From a virus, in IMG/VR virus record IMGVR_UViG_3300045988_172839, positions 64,001 through 128,000 of that record: a stretch of DNA of 64,000 nucleotides. The stretch is one strand, 5' to 3'. Numbering within the stretch: position 1 is the stretch's first letter; every line of letters starts with the position of its first letter. Positions 10,401 through 18,297 of this stretch are shown one piece after another. The notes under the pieces were generated by a model that searched no databases, had not been told where the DNA came from, and saw nothing but the letters and a program-made list of their open reading frames with translations. Made by a program: the position numbers and the translations under genes.

Positions 10401-10624
10401 TCAACTGCTACTTGCTCCAAGGTCATCGGAACAAACTGACTCGTTGATTTTCTTTTATCTACCGATTTTCCTCCAAAGAATAAAATCGAATTCTCACGCA
10501 ACGAGTCTACAAAACGTGAGAACTTGTTTGTTTCCTTTAATTTAACTTGCTTATCTTTAATCTTCTTCTTTCCGAACATGAATTTAAAGATTCCTTTCTT
10601 GAAAAAAGAAACCTCAGTACCCAA
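7463..10624 (-). CDS. Large envelope protein (1053 aa): N-terminal TM anchor, about 800 aa ectodomain with an N/K/D/S-rich insert, two C-terminal TM helices
   Basis: Long ORF. TTG at 10624 with GGGAG 11 nt upstream; an internal ATG alternative exists. TM helices: VTLASVSLLLGSVALQVG, and WGVTILIVASFLMLVFLFVG / VVPAVLSILAFGYLLY. No Walker motif. Confidence 0.75.
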   Translation of the reverse strand: MGTEVSFFKKGIFKFMFGKKKIKDKQVKLKETNKFSRFVDSLRENSILFFGGKSVDKRKSTSQFVPMTLEQVAVEGRRKKVRSFVGKTVTLASVSLLLGSVALQVGSSVLGLKVDYTTAYAENKQGQKSSALERSIDQLKIAAGEADGSLSGGAKGLSPAEVKTVGFFISNWYSPFTTRVSINGNTVGDAQSDIQTILKTHAGLADDPAGELAKLVANLGAKTSEPLYLAKSDDNGQTWKSLQTKATYFEVLFGSVGLWSKSLLTTDDEVSLKNRYEYNVDKGTLLGLVRESKAKESDLKRQEIVYEWNPDPSGTPTVSQATFYTNFASVDASKSWGSNVLTLDGSDSKVVDLLKSNDRHLAEKLNAYLNGFDYEERGALPAAMKTKNQGSLKPFYDSSIYSAGMYTDGFGNLISETGSNQRGAYVVIPASQNPMMYAKKINDTTNSSTASSNDKENNKNKDSNKNSNKEKDKKVDIKSSSVDEKMSEIYNNTNTGVGRQISINNLNNLALLKGKGYLSVDGSNATLGGSVDRKLRFYSAIANDSVVAGKESADTSGWGWSIDFYNFNDLGAVLQSALNTQWLVRNGNESATLTKDGSIFHSGGNVEGYDFGSSYSEIRSGSTDYALPQGYLTGFFPVFGDSRTMFDLTKNVPGADAWVSMNAKPFSDDSYKFKSNMSLTKPVIDEIISFDDKGFASGNDKFKKLGDNGTLLVGKAQDIPLQSSRLDSSGYWVGQGSKGALVDTAGEAPKDTADKKYAINLYASTVLVRANPLNKDIPYVINLDNSSVIDEDALKAASEGEEEDLDHVLKNMAYFMLNPTKGREYKQRWSKTFMNQTMLSSLQDMVGANTASSYSGTTRYLELTGFATIPKMNEIKFTDYLYSKFSSWGVTILIVASFLMLVFLFVGQIRVVPAVLSILAFGYLLYSPPKMIDASTHLTNQINSYFFKDKFMFWVMATHQNYSDSVAQLQKAAETGNYDNYTALLVKLQGGWGGSENEGETDVYEWQQTLGASVKVRWMAPKKDGYIQQVKRDLKQVTSNSVDEANKDKKQGE

Positions 10625-10692
10625 CGATACCGAGGCTCCCTAGTTGCTTGCAATGAAACTTACCTATCAACGATAAGCTCCAAGAAAACAAC

Positions 10693-11568
10693 TTATCGGT
10701 TAAATAGATTGGCAAAGAATATCGCAAGAGCCGTGGCATTACCAATCATAATGTAGGCTAAACAAGCACCTGTTACCACTAATTTTGGAACAGAGCGAGA
10801 CAAGTACGTTATCATGTAATTTGAGTGCGCACCTTTTGAAATACCATCTTTATAAGAGAACCAAGCTTCAGGTGAAATCAACACAGGGCGCTTGTCTCCT
10901 TTCTTCATAAAGTGATACATCAAACTTGGAGTCATCATTGCGAAAACATCCATCGCCATAGAGATACCAACTGTTGCACAAATCAAAATTGTAAGAATAC
11001 CCAACAAAGTACCTAATGGACTTGTAAAGAATTTCAAAATGTTTTGTGCTTCATTTAAGTCAGCCGTTACATCAGAGTTAACTGCTTGTAGAACACTTGA
11101 AATATTCGTATCTTGGTCTTCTACAAATTTATAGAGCCTTGCTCTATCTCTTGCAGATAAACCCCCTGAACGGTCATCTTTCAAGTTACTCAAAGCTATA
11201 TCCATGATTTTCTGACGAGTATTCATAGGATATTCCAAAAAGTTCTTACGGTCAATCGAAACTCGCTTTTTACTACTGTTGTAGTAAACAAACTTCCAAC
11301 CGTCAGATACTTGATCTGAACGTACAACTAACTGTACTCTAATCTCATTATTGATGTTATCAACAACTGAGGACACCCCTGCTTCACTGTCTACAATGAC
11401 AAAAGGCATACTATTCTCGCTCACAGTAGTTGCATCAAACTTCGCTCTAGCTTGTACAACATCTACCAAAAGATTGGAGTTGGGAGAAGAAAACCCCCAC
11501 AACCCCAAATTAACTACTAAGGATAACAAGGCTACTTGTAAAACTCTGACGAATTTTAACTGTGCCAT
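10693..11568 (-). CDS. Signal-peptide protein with C-terminal 3-4 TM domain (paralogue set, member 1)
   Basis: GAGGT lies 8 nt upstream of the ATG at 11568 (MAQLKFVRVLQVALLSLVV...). The track ORF extends to 11598. It shares the DV(T/A)AD and F-x-MTPS-x-x-(Y/H)F motifs with 11599..12498. Confidence 0.7.
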   Translation of the reverse strand: MAQLKFVRVLQVALLSLVVNLGLWGFSSPNSNLLVDVVQARAKFDATTVSENSMPFVIVDSEAGVSSVVDNINNEIRVQLVVRSDQVSDGWKFVYYNSSKKRVSIDRKNFLEYPMNTRQKIMDIALSNLKDDRSGGLSARDRARLYKFVEDQDTNISSVLQAVNSDVTADLNEAQNILKFFTSPLGTLLGILTILICATVGISMAMDVFAMMTPSLMYHFMKKGDKRPVLISPEAWFSYKDGISKGAHSNYMITYLSRSVPKLVVTGACLAYIMIGNATALAIFFANLFNR

Positions 11569-11598
11569 ATAAAACCTCGTTTCTGACGAACCGACCAA

Positions 11599-12498
11599 TT
11601 ACAATCCAACAAGGGATGCAAAAAGTGTTGAAATCGGGCCGACCAAGACCAACATAGAGTTGGTTGCGAAGAAAATCAAGATTAACGCATAAGCGAGCAT
11701 CATTACCCAAGTCTTACCAATGTAAATAAGAAGTGGGTTTCCACCTTTATCCAAAGCTTGGTCGTTGGCAGTAACCGCTTGTTTCGGAATAATGCTTGCA
11801 ATATAACCCCTCGCACCTTTAGCACTCTCAGCATCTTTTACAAAATACTGGAATGAAGGAGTCATGAAGTAGAACACTGCAATCGCCAAATGGATAAAGA
11901 ATGAGAATGAAGCTAAAATCAAGAATACCGCAATCGCACTGTTAAAGAATGGATAGAACGGAGCCAAGAAGTTTGAAGCAGCATCCCAGTCAGCAGCTAC
12001 ATCAGCAGTTGCGACAGAAATGAGATACCCTGCCGTAGATTTACGAACTTCTCTCATGTCTTTCCAGAATTTGTTAACAGTACCTTTTGTGACTGCGTTA
12101 TTTGTAGCTTCACCTGACTCAATCGCTGTCGCATCTCTGTCAGCAGTCTTTTTAACTGCTCTATTGATGTCTTGAATGACCTTGTTTTTGTCACCCTCAG
12201 TCAATTTGTCAAAGTTACTTGTAACTTCACCTTTTTGGTTATAAATCTTAGAACCAGTGAGACCATCACCTGTAGTTGTACGATAAGTGTTTCCTGAAAC
12301 CTCATCGTAAACCTTCTCTTGAAGTCGACTCATAGACTCTGAACTAGCATTTGCATCAGAACCACCCAAAGCGTGCACTTCTGCAATATCGGTAAAGTTT
12401 GTGACACCACTCACTTCAGACATATAACCTGCGCCTACTAAACTAGCAGACATTAAAACTGTTGCAAGAATTCCTCTTGCTGTTTTAGAAATGTTCAT
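11599..12498 (-). CDS. Signal-peptide protein with C-terminal 4 TM domain (paralogue set, member 2)
   Basis: GAGGT RBS before the ATG. The signal peptide is MNISKTARGILATVLMSASLVGAG. The C-terminal hydrophobic helices contain FYFMTPSFQYF, similar to FAMMTPSLMYHF in the downstream gene. Confidence 0.75.
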   Translation of the reverse strand: MNISKTARGILATVLMSASLVGAGYMSEVSGVTNFTDIAEVHALGGSDANASSESMSRLQEKVYDEVSGNTYRTTTGDGLTGSKIYNQKGEVTSNFDKLTEGDKNKVIQDINRAVKKTADRDATAIESGEATNNAVTKGTVNKFWKDMREVRKSTAGYLISVATADVAADWDAASNFLAPFYPFFNSAIAVFLILASFSFFIHLAIAVFYFMTPSFQYFVKDAESAKGARGYIASIIPKQAVTANDQALDKGGNPLLIYIGKTWVMMLAYALILIFFATNSMLVLVGPISTLFASLVGL

Positions 12499-12653
12499 AG
12501 ATAAACCTCAAATCTGGTTAAAGTTGTTGGAGCAACTTTACCTTTTATTTTTATTAGTTTATCCTACTACAATACGAAATAACTTTCGTTCTGCTCTCTT
12601 ATTGCTACTTCCAATAACAATAAGACAACGGTTTGAGGTGTACGAAAGTACCC

Positions 12654-13376
12654 TCAACTAAAATAGTGTAAGATAGAAATCCCTCCTAAATCCAACAAGA
12701 CCAAAGCTAACATACCATATTGTATGATAGACAAAGCTTTTCGTATCGCCATTTCCCACTCCGAACCTGTTTTGAAGGTTGAGATACCGGGCACCAAACG
12801 AATAGTTGTGAACATAGGAATGTTTGGAAAGAATATTTTGATGAAAACACCAAGAGCGAATCGGATTCCTTCCGTAGTTAACATATCTAACACTAAATGG
12901 GAAATAACCCCAAGTCCAAACCCTGTGACTATTAGTAACCATAACAGAGGGTCAAAACGTCCTGTAAATCCTAAGAAAGTTGGACTGAACATCAACCACA
13001 ATATCATGAGAAGTGTAAACTCACTATGTGTTTGCCACGAGCGATGGATACACCTCATGAATTTCAAAGTTTTATACAGAACAGAGCTTTTCTTCTGTTT
13101 GCTACTTAATCTCTCATCTAGCTTCTTGTAAGGTGTGTTTGCAATATGCAAGACCTTATTTTGTAACCAAGAAGCCGGGTCTTTTAATGGACTCGAATCC
13201 CAATGGTGGTCGTTATCCGACCACATACCACCATAAATCCCCGCTGTGTAAATGACCAAGAACTGTAACGCTGGAGAAATCAAATCACTTTGTATTAAAT
13301 AACCTGAGTCTTTCAAGGTTATGAACCCAGCCATTGCACACACCGTACCACCTAATCTGTGAGTTTTACCCTCCAT
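12654..13376 (-). CDS. Membrane-bound metal-dependent hydrolase, YdjM/DUF457-like
   Basis: It starts MEGKTHRLGG and contains WSDNDHHWDS plus several TM helices. That pattern matches DUF457-family proteins as I recall them. Not checked by search. Confidence 0.55.
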   Translation of the reverse strand: MEGKTHRLGGTVCAMAGFITLKDSGYLIQSDLISPALQFLVIYTAGIYGGMWSDNDHHWDSSPLKDPASWLQNKVLHIANTPYKKLDERLSSKQKKSSVLYKTLKFMRCIHRSWQTHSEFTLLMILWLMFSPTFLGFTGRFDPLLWLLIVTGFGLGVISHLVLDMLTTEGIRFALGVFIKIFFPNIPMFTTIRLVPGISTFKTGSEWEMAIRKALSIIQYGMLALVLLDLGGISILHYFS

Positions 13377-13379
13377 AGG

Positions 13380-13862
13380 TTACTTCCCCACTAATTCTTT
13401 AAAGTCTTTGGTACAAACCAAACGAACTTGTACTCCTACCTGTTTCTTAAGTGTTAAAACTGCTGAACCTACTTTTACCTTATTCCAAGACCTTGTGGCG
13501 CTTGGGTTAAAGGAAATTAAGTTAATGTAGGATACCGCTGAACCACTCGCAACTTCTTGATAAGTCAACTCTTGAAACTTTTGCAGTACCGATTGTACAA
13601 CAGTTAGTGACAAGCCCAAGGACTCGCTCACTCGTTTTAACAAATAAGTCTGAGGTAGCACTTTCCGAGCTTGGTCTTTTGAAACAGTTACTTTCATAAA
13701 TAACCCTTCGAACACATCAAAGGAATACCCTTTAGTAATCGCTTCAAAGCAAACTTCTCTATAGTATGAAACAATGTTGTCTACGGTTTCATACTTCAAA
13801 TGAACTAATTTACTTACTTCTTTTATAACCTCTACATAAGGCAACCGAGCCTTTGTACTCAT
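13380..13862 (-). CDS. Hypothetical protein (160 aa)
   Basis: ATG ORF with GAGGT 9 nt upstream. It is tightly packed, with its stop 3 nt before the next start. No secure motif. Confidence 0.65.
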   Translation of the reverse strand: MSTKARLPYVEVIKEVSKLVHLKYETVDNIVSYYREVCFEAITKGYSFDVFEGLFMKVTVSKDQARKVLPQTYLLKRVSESLGLSLTVVQSVLQKFQELTYQEVASGSAVSYINLISFNPSATRSWNKVKVGSAVLTLKKQVGVQVRLVCTKDFKELVGK

Positions 13863-13902
13863 GCGAACTGAACCTCATCTTACTAAACTGCGAACTTGAA
13901 TT

Positions 13903-14196
13903 TTAGAAAACTGTCAAATTTCTAAATCCAATTAAGAACTGTGTTGGTATTTCTTGTTGTTGGAATTGAAGTCGAGATTGAACCGTAGGGTTCGATAAGA
14001 CCTCCAACATCAAAGGTAATTCTTGGTCGGATACCTCAATGCAACAATGTGTTACTCGACCTTTCAAAGTCTTTTCAGCTAACTCCAATAAGTCAGCCTC
14101 CAAGCGCCTTTTCATTAAGTGAGCATGGTGTCCACCGAACCTTGAATCCCCACTGTTCTTTAAATTATTAAATATTTTTAAGTCTAAGAAAGCCAT
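13903..14196 (-). CDS. Hypothetical protein (97 aa)
   Basis: ATG ORF with an AAGGTGAG RBS, co-oriented in the operon. Confidence 0.6.
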   Translation of the reverse strand: MAFLDLKIFNNLKNSGDSRFGGHHAHLMKRRLEADLLELAEKTLKGRVTHCCIEVSDQELPLMLEVLSNPTVQSRLQFQQQEIPTQFLIGFRNLTVF

Positions 14197-14208
14197 GAAC
14201 TCACCTTC

Positions 14209-15231
14209 TTATCCACGCCCTGATATAAAGCGGAAACCTTGTAGAAGTAGGTTCCAAGCACCTTTAATCAAGGCAATAATTAGGGATACCGCTTGACCTT
14301 GAAACTCAGTCGCAAAGGACGTTCCAAAGATTACAAAGGCAACACCTAAAGCAACTAAAGTTTTCATGTGAAGTGATACATAACGACTCAACAAGTTACC
14401 GGTTGAAACCATAGGTTTGTTCTGCATTCCTTGGTTCATTCCACCCATACCCATGCCACGGTTCATGCCCATCGGGGAACCCATAGGAGCGCCCATTCCC
14501 ATACCGCCACGGTTCATGCCCATGCCACCTGCACCTTGCATTTGTTGAGAACCTGTACTCAACCCTGCACTCTCAATGATTTGACGAGCGTCATAAGACA
14601 AAGTGAAGAAAGAACCAATGAAACCTTTCAAACTAAAACCTTGGTCTTGACTCGGTTGTTTGTTCATGAAATATTCACGGGGACCAGACCATACCAAACA
14701 AAGTACATCTACAGAAGTTTGGAAGAAATACCCAAAAGTCGCAAGACCCCATAAAATATTGGCTAGGAACATCAACCCATAACCGACTGGAGCTAAAGCG
14801 TCCATCGCCATATCCCAACTAGAGTCTCTACTTGTATTGACCGCTTTGTTAATCTGATCTAATGCACGGTCTTTTGAAGGCTCTGGAATGGCGTCTCTTA
14901 CATTCTGCAAAATGTTGTTAGCTTGCTCACGTGTAATTGTATTTGTCGTGTCAACTGCATCGGATACCGCTGATGAAGAGTCAGGGACTCCACCTAACGA
15001 GTCTGTATTTGCAAAAGCAGTTGTAGGTAGAAGAGCTAAAGTATTCAGAAAAACAATACTTTCTAAGGCGAATTTTCTCCCTTTAAATTCTCTATTTAGG
15101 ACTAAATCCGAAATTCTCCCCAAAATCGACACCAACTTTCTGTTTATTTCGTTTATTTTATCAAAAAAGTTTTTCCTTGACAAGCATTTCTTAACAAAAA
15201 ATAAGAGTGGTCTGCCAACCACTCTTGCCAA
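14209..15231 (-). CDS. Polytopic membrane protein with Gly/Met-rich loop (paralogue set, member 3); start uncertain
   Basis: The ORF runs from the TTG at 15231. By analogy with its paralogues the signal peptide is ...ALESIVFLNTLALLPTTAFA, so a later TTG or GTG (15123-15135) may be the true start. It has TM helices and the GM-rich stretch GAGGMGMNRGGMGMGAPMGSPMGMNRGMGMGGMNQGM. Confidence 0.65.
   Translation of the reverse strand: MARVVGRPLLFFVKKCLSRKNFFDKINEINRKLVSILGRISDLVLNREFKGRKFALESIVFLNTLALLPTTAFANTDSLGGVPDSSSAVSDAVDTTNTITREQANNILQNVRDAIPEPSKDRALDQINKAVNTSRDSSWDMAMDALAPVGYGLMFLANILWGLATFGYFFQTSVDVLCLVWSGPREYFMNKQPSQDQGFSLKGFIGSFFTLSYDARQIIESAGLSTGSQQMQGAGGMGMNRGGMGMGAPMGSPMGMNRGMGMGGMNQGMQNKPMVSTGNLLSRYVSLHMKTLVALGVAFVIFGTSFATEFQGQAVSLIIALIKGAWNLLLQGFRFISGRG
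15155..15183 (-). promoter_or_regulatory. Possible internal sigma-A promoter
   Basis: On the minus strand: TTGTCA (15183-15178), a 17 bp spacer, then TAAAAT (15160-15155). It lies inside the annotated 5' end of ORF 14209..15231, which would favour a shorter CDS. Confidence 0.4.
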
Positions 15232-15234
15232 TCT

Positions 15235-15507
15235 CTATAAACCTAGACTGCGTTTGATTTCTGCTACTTTATTGGGTGCGAAACCTGAGAAAGCACTTTC
15301 TACATCTTCCAACCCATTAGGGAAGGTTACAGGTAAAGCACTAAACTTCGCACCTTTCACAATACGGACATGTTCTTCATTTTCTGGGTCGTAAGGGATT
15401 TCCTTATACGGGATACCCTCTGAGTCAAGCTTGCGCTTCAACATCTTACATCCGGGACAAACTCCATCTTCTGGGCGCTTTGTAAATACTACTACTTCTT
15501 TTGACAT
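15235..15507 (-). CDS. nrdH: NrdH-like glutaredoxin-fold redoxin (90 aa)
   Basis: It has a CPGC redox motif after an N-terminal beta strand (VVVFTKRPEDGVCPGCK), then LPV and a C-terminal SGFAPNKV. This resembles the NrdH pattern C-x-x-C ... LPV ... WSGFRPD. Confidence 0.6.
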   Translation of the reverse strand: MSKEVVVFTKRPEDGVCPGCKMLKRKLDSEGIPYKEIPYDPENEEHVRIVKGAKFSALPVTFPNGLEDVESAFSGFAPNKVAEIKRSLGL

Positions 15508-15525
15508 TTGTTTTTCTCGCTTTCT

Positions 15526-15957
15526 TTAGAGTATATTTAATTCTTGTGTATGAGCTGATAATATCCAATACAATTCAAACATATCTTCGACAAGAGGTAA
15601 ATCAGAAGCAAAAACCTCTAAAGCACCATTATATCGAGCACTAACATAATCGAAAGTTTGAATAGCGCTAAGACGTTCTAACTTCGGAGACTCCAAATAT
15701 AAACGATCAATGTAAGCTTTTAACTCAGGTACAAAGTCTTTAAGTGTATAGATAGAGCGTAAAATGTTATGTGAACCTTTTGTTTTCTTAAACTGTTCTT
15801 GGTCATAATAAGCCACAACTTTCTTAAGCTGAATTTCAAGTAACCAAGCCAAATTTACTCGAAGCAACAATCTGTTCCCCGTTAAATCGTAACATCTACC
15901 CAAATCTTGAACTAAATAATCAGTTAAAGTAGTTGGTGGAAATTCATACAACTCCAT
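15526..15957 (-). CDS. Hypothetical protein (143 aa)
   Basis: ATG ORF. Its start overlaps the upstream stop by 1 nt (TAATG), indicating translational coupling. Confidence 0.65.
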   Translation of the reverse strand: MELYEFPPTTLTDYLVQDLGRCYDLTGNRLLLRVNLAWLLEIQLKKVVAYYDQEQFKKTKGSHNILRSIYTLKDFVPELKAYIDRLYLESPKLERLSAIQTFDYVSARYNGALEVFASDLPLVEDMFELYWILSAHTQELNIL

Positions 15958-16229
15958 TACAACTCAACCTCCTGCCATAATGAATTGCTTTTAACTAAAC
16001 CATTTAGTAAAATCTCACGCTCCTCTAAATCATCATACGGATACAAAGTTACAAATAATCCTTTCTCATCTAACTTATCAATAGCTACAAGATTACCATC
16101 ATAAAATGGATCACCCTTTTTTGTCGGATAAAGCACAATCAAAAGCCTATAGTTAGGTTTTGAGGTGGGAACTTCATAAGTTTCTGCAAATTTCTTTGTG
16201 TAACGTTTTTTGAATAGTTGTTTTGCCAT
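15957..16229 (-). CDS. Hypothetical protein (90 aa)
   Basis: ATG ORF, co-oriented and coupled to the downstream gene. Confidence 0.6.
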   Translation of the reverse strand: MAKQLFKKRYTKKFAETYEVPTSKPNYRLLIVLYPTKKGDPFYDGNLVAIDKLDEKGLFVTLYPYDDLEEREILLNGLVKSNSLWQEVEL

Positions 16230-16274
16230 GTTATACCTACTTTCTACAACTAACTTTTATCTTACTTTATTTTA

Positions 16275-17591
16275 TTAAAAACTATCAAACATATCAACCA
16301 TTTGGTCTGTAGACATTGGTTTTAAATCCAACTGCGCTTTTGCAATCGTGTTTTCATGGTGCGCTGCTTTGTCTTCCTTATGTTTTTGAGACATTTGTTT
16401 GCTTTCTAAAACCCTCTCATTGCCTTTAATCTCATTAACTTCAATACCTACAGAAGAGATTGAAGAAACGGAAGGAGTTGGAGCAAGCAAACCTCGATAC
16501 CCAAGGAGAAGTAACTGAGTTTCAATATCCCCTCGACCTAGGTTATTCAAAAACTCTAAAAGAGCCAAAATTTCTTCATTGTTGAATTTGTCAAATAAAT
16601 CTTTGTATAGCTTTAGTTCATCTTTGGTAATACCCAACACATGAAGCCCCAATGAAATGTAAAGACCTCTCTTAACAAACTCTCTCAAACCCTCAACAAA
16701 GTTCTTCAAACCAATTTCTAACATAGCAGTGTGTACTGTTTTTGTATAAAGAACTGTGTTCTTTGTTCTTAGGTAGTCTAAGAAATCAAAGTACAAACCT
16801 CTGTGCTTATTTACATCAAGAACTGCAACCACATCATCATAGCGAACCGAACCATAAGAACGGTACACATTCTCTAGTTGTTTTAAGGACTGACGGAAAA
16901 CACAATTTGAACGAACTGCAATCAACTCCAAAGCCGGTTTCTCGAAGGCGAAACCTTCTTCAGTCGATACCCAAGTCATAAGGTTCACATTATCTGCTAC
17001 GCTAGGTAACTCAATCTCAATCTTCAAATCCATACGAGTTTTCAAAGGCTCTAACATCTTCTGTGGGTCAGTCGTACAGAAGAAAAAGATAGACTTAGGT
17101 GGGGCATCTTCAGTAAACTTCAACATACTTTCTTGACCTGCTTTGGAAATCAAGTGACACTCATCAAAGATAAAAATAGAATACCCTGCAAATAGTTTAG
17201 GCATGGAAGCAGACTCTACAAACTGTCGGACTGCATCTACGTTCCCTGTTTTTGAAGAGTCCAATTCTTTAACTGAGAACAAATGTGTGGCATCTGCCGT
17301 CTCAATATAGTCATTCAAGTCTTGACACATCTTACATTGGTTGCAAGGTAACAAATACTCTCTATTCTTCCACTTACGGACTTGTTTATTCTCACACAAG
17401 ACCAACTTAGTAGACATACGAGCCATAGTTGTTTTACCACAACCACTTGCGCCTGAAATCATCACACAAGCTGGGTAGTCTTCTCCATCTTTAGAAGAAA
17501 AGCGGTTCAAAAGCTTTTGAACTGCTAACTCATTTCCGATATAGCGGTCTACATCTTTTGACCTGTATTTCGTTGCGAAATTTTCAGCCAT
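16275..17591 (-). CDS. AAA+ clamp-loader ATPase, DNA polymerase III gamma/tau (DnaX)-like
   Basis: Walker A is GASGCGKTT, and a zinc-module-like CNQCKMC follows. Walker B / DExx is IFIFDECH. The sensor region is FFFCTTDPQKMLEPLKTRM. The N-terminus YRSKDVDRYIGNE is typical of RFC/DnaX box II. Confidence 0.75.
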   Translation of the reverse strand: MAENFATKYRSKDVDRYIGNELAVQKLLNRFSSKDGEDYPACVMISGASGCGKTTMARMSTKLVLCENKQVRKWKNREYLLPCNQCKMCQDLNDYIETADATHLFSVKELDSSKTGNVDAVRQFVESASMPKLFAGYSIFIFDECHLISKAGQESMLKFTEDAPPKSIFFFCTTDPQKMLEPLKTRMDLKIEIELPSVADNVNLMTWVSTEEGFAFEKPALELIAVRSNCVFRQSLKQLENVYRSYGSVRYDDVVAVLDVNKHRGLYFDFLDYLRTKNTVLYTKTVHTAMLEIGLKNFVEGLREFVKRGLYISLGLHVLGITKDELKLYKDLFDKFNNEEILALLEFLNNLGRGDIETQLLLLGYRGLLAPTPSVSSISSVGIEVNEIKGNERVLESKQMSQKHKEDKAAHHENTIAKAQLDLKPMSTDQMVDMFDSF

Positions 17592-17592
17592 A

Positions 17593-18210
17593 TTACAAAT
17601 CTTCTTTCCAACGTTGTACTTCTTCTTGTACTTGAGCTTTTGTATCGTCTAAGGCTTTCCAATAAGTCAAGCGTCTCAATTCAAATGAAATCCATTCCTC
17701 TGTTTCTTTGTCAAAGGCTTGAACTAAAATGTCTGAATACCCTTTTTCAATGTATTTACCCATTTCATTTAGAGCAAAGTTTTCTTTGTAGTAATTAGCA
17801 TAAGGAAACTCAGTTAACACTTCAGAAGTTTTCACATCAACAAAGCGAACGAGAGGATACCGCTCTTTGCTTTCTTGCTTGACTTTCTCTCTTAAAATCT
17901 TACCCAATTTAGGGAAAATATCTCTCAACTCCCAAGATAGAAAACCACACGCAAAAGGCTCATGAACCTCGCCTGTTTCTTTCTCAGTATAGGTTACAAT
18001 AACCCCATCAAAATGGTCTGTGAAGACTTGACCATCTTTGATATACAACTCATAATCTGCCTTACCGTAAGGTAAGCGAGGGAGTTTTACAGAACCACTC
18101 TCAACCATTTCTTTTGTTACTGTAAACGGTTGAACCTTGTAGTGTTCATCGATATAAAACAAAGTGGTTTGTTTACCTACTGGATATGGGCGTGCGTTTA
18201 ATAAAGTCAT
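17593..18210 (-). CDS. Hypothetical protein (205 aa)
   Basis: ATG ORF and the first gene after the promoter at 18238-18266. Its stop lies 1 nt from the next start. Confidence 0.65.
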   Translation of the reverse strand: MTLLNARPYPVGKQTTLFYIDEHYKVQPFTVTKEMVESGSVKLPRLPYGKADYELYIKDGQVFTDHFDGVIVTYTEKETGEVHEPFACGFLSWELRDIFPKLGKILREKVKQESKERYPLVRFVDVKTSEVLTEFPYANYYKENFALNEMGKYIEKGYSDILVQAFDKETEEWISFELRRLTYWKALDDTKAQVQEEVQRWKEDL

Positions 18211-18237
18211 TTATTTTCCTCATTTCTAGTTTTCTTT

Positions 18238-18266
18238 ATTATATCACAAATTGAGGTAAATAGCAA
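18238..18266 (-). promoter_or_regulatory. Sigma-A promoter with extended -10
   Basis: On the minus strand: TTGCTA (18266-18261), a 17 bp spacer, then TGTGATATAAT (-10 at 18243-18238). Confidence 0.65.
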
Positions 18267-18297
18267 GATTTTGGAGCAAATAAGATAAACTAAACAA

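Noticed and set aside
4898-10624. The 849 and 1053 aa proteins as T7SS EsaA/YueB-like or Pip-like components. The topology is similar: an N-terminal anchor, a huge ectodomain and C-terminal TM helices.
   Set aside because: The window contains no EssC-type FtsK ATPase, no EssB and no WXG100-size protein with a WXG motif. The similarity is topological only.
12560-12600. A possible third copy of the 90 nt structured element (CTGCTCTCTTATTGC).
   Set aside because: Only a short, rearranged similarity to the GGCTCTNATTTGCTCTCT block exists. The TTAAAATCGAA stem and the CTGAGAC end are absent.
13380-13862. A possible tandem HU/IHF-like DNA-binding protein.
   Set aside because: The resemblance rests on a few loosely spaced hydrophobic residues (VDNIVSYYREVCFEAITKG..FDVFEGLF). 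That is not enough to call without a profile search, so the gene is left as hypothetical.
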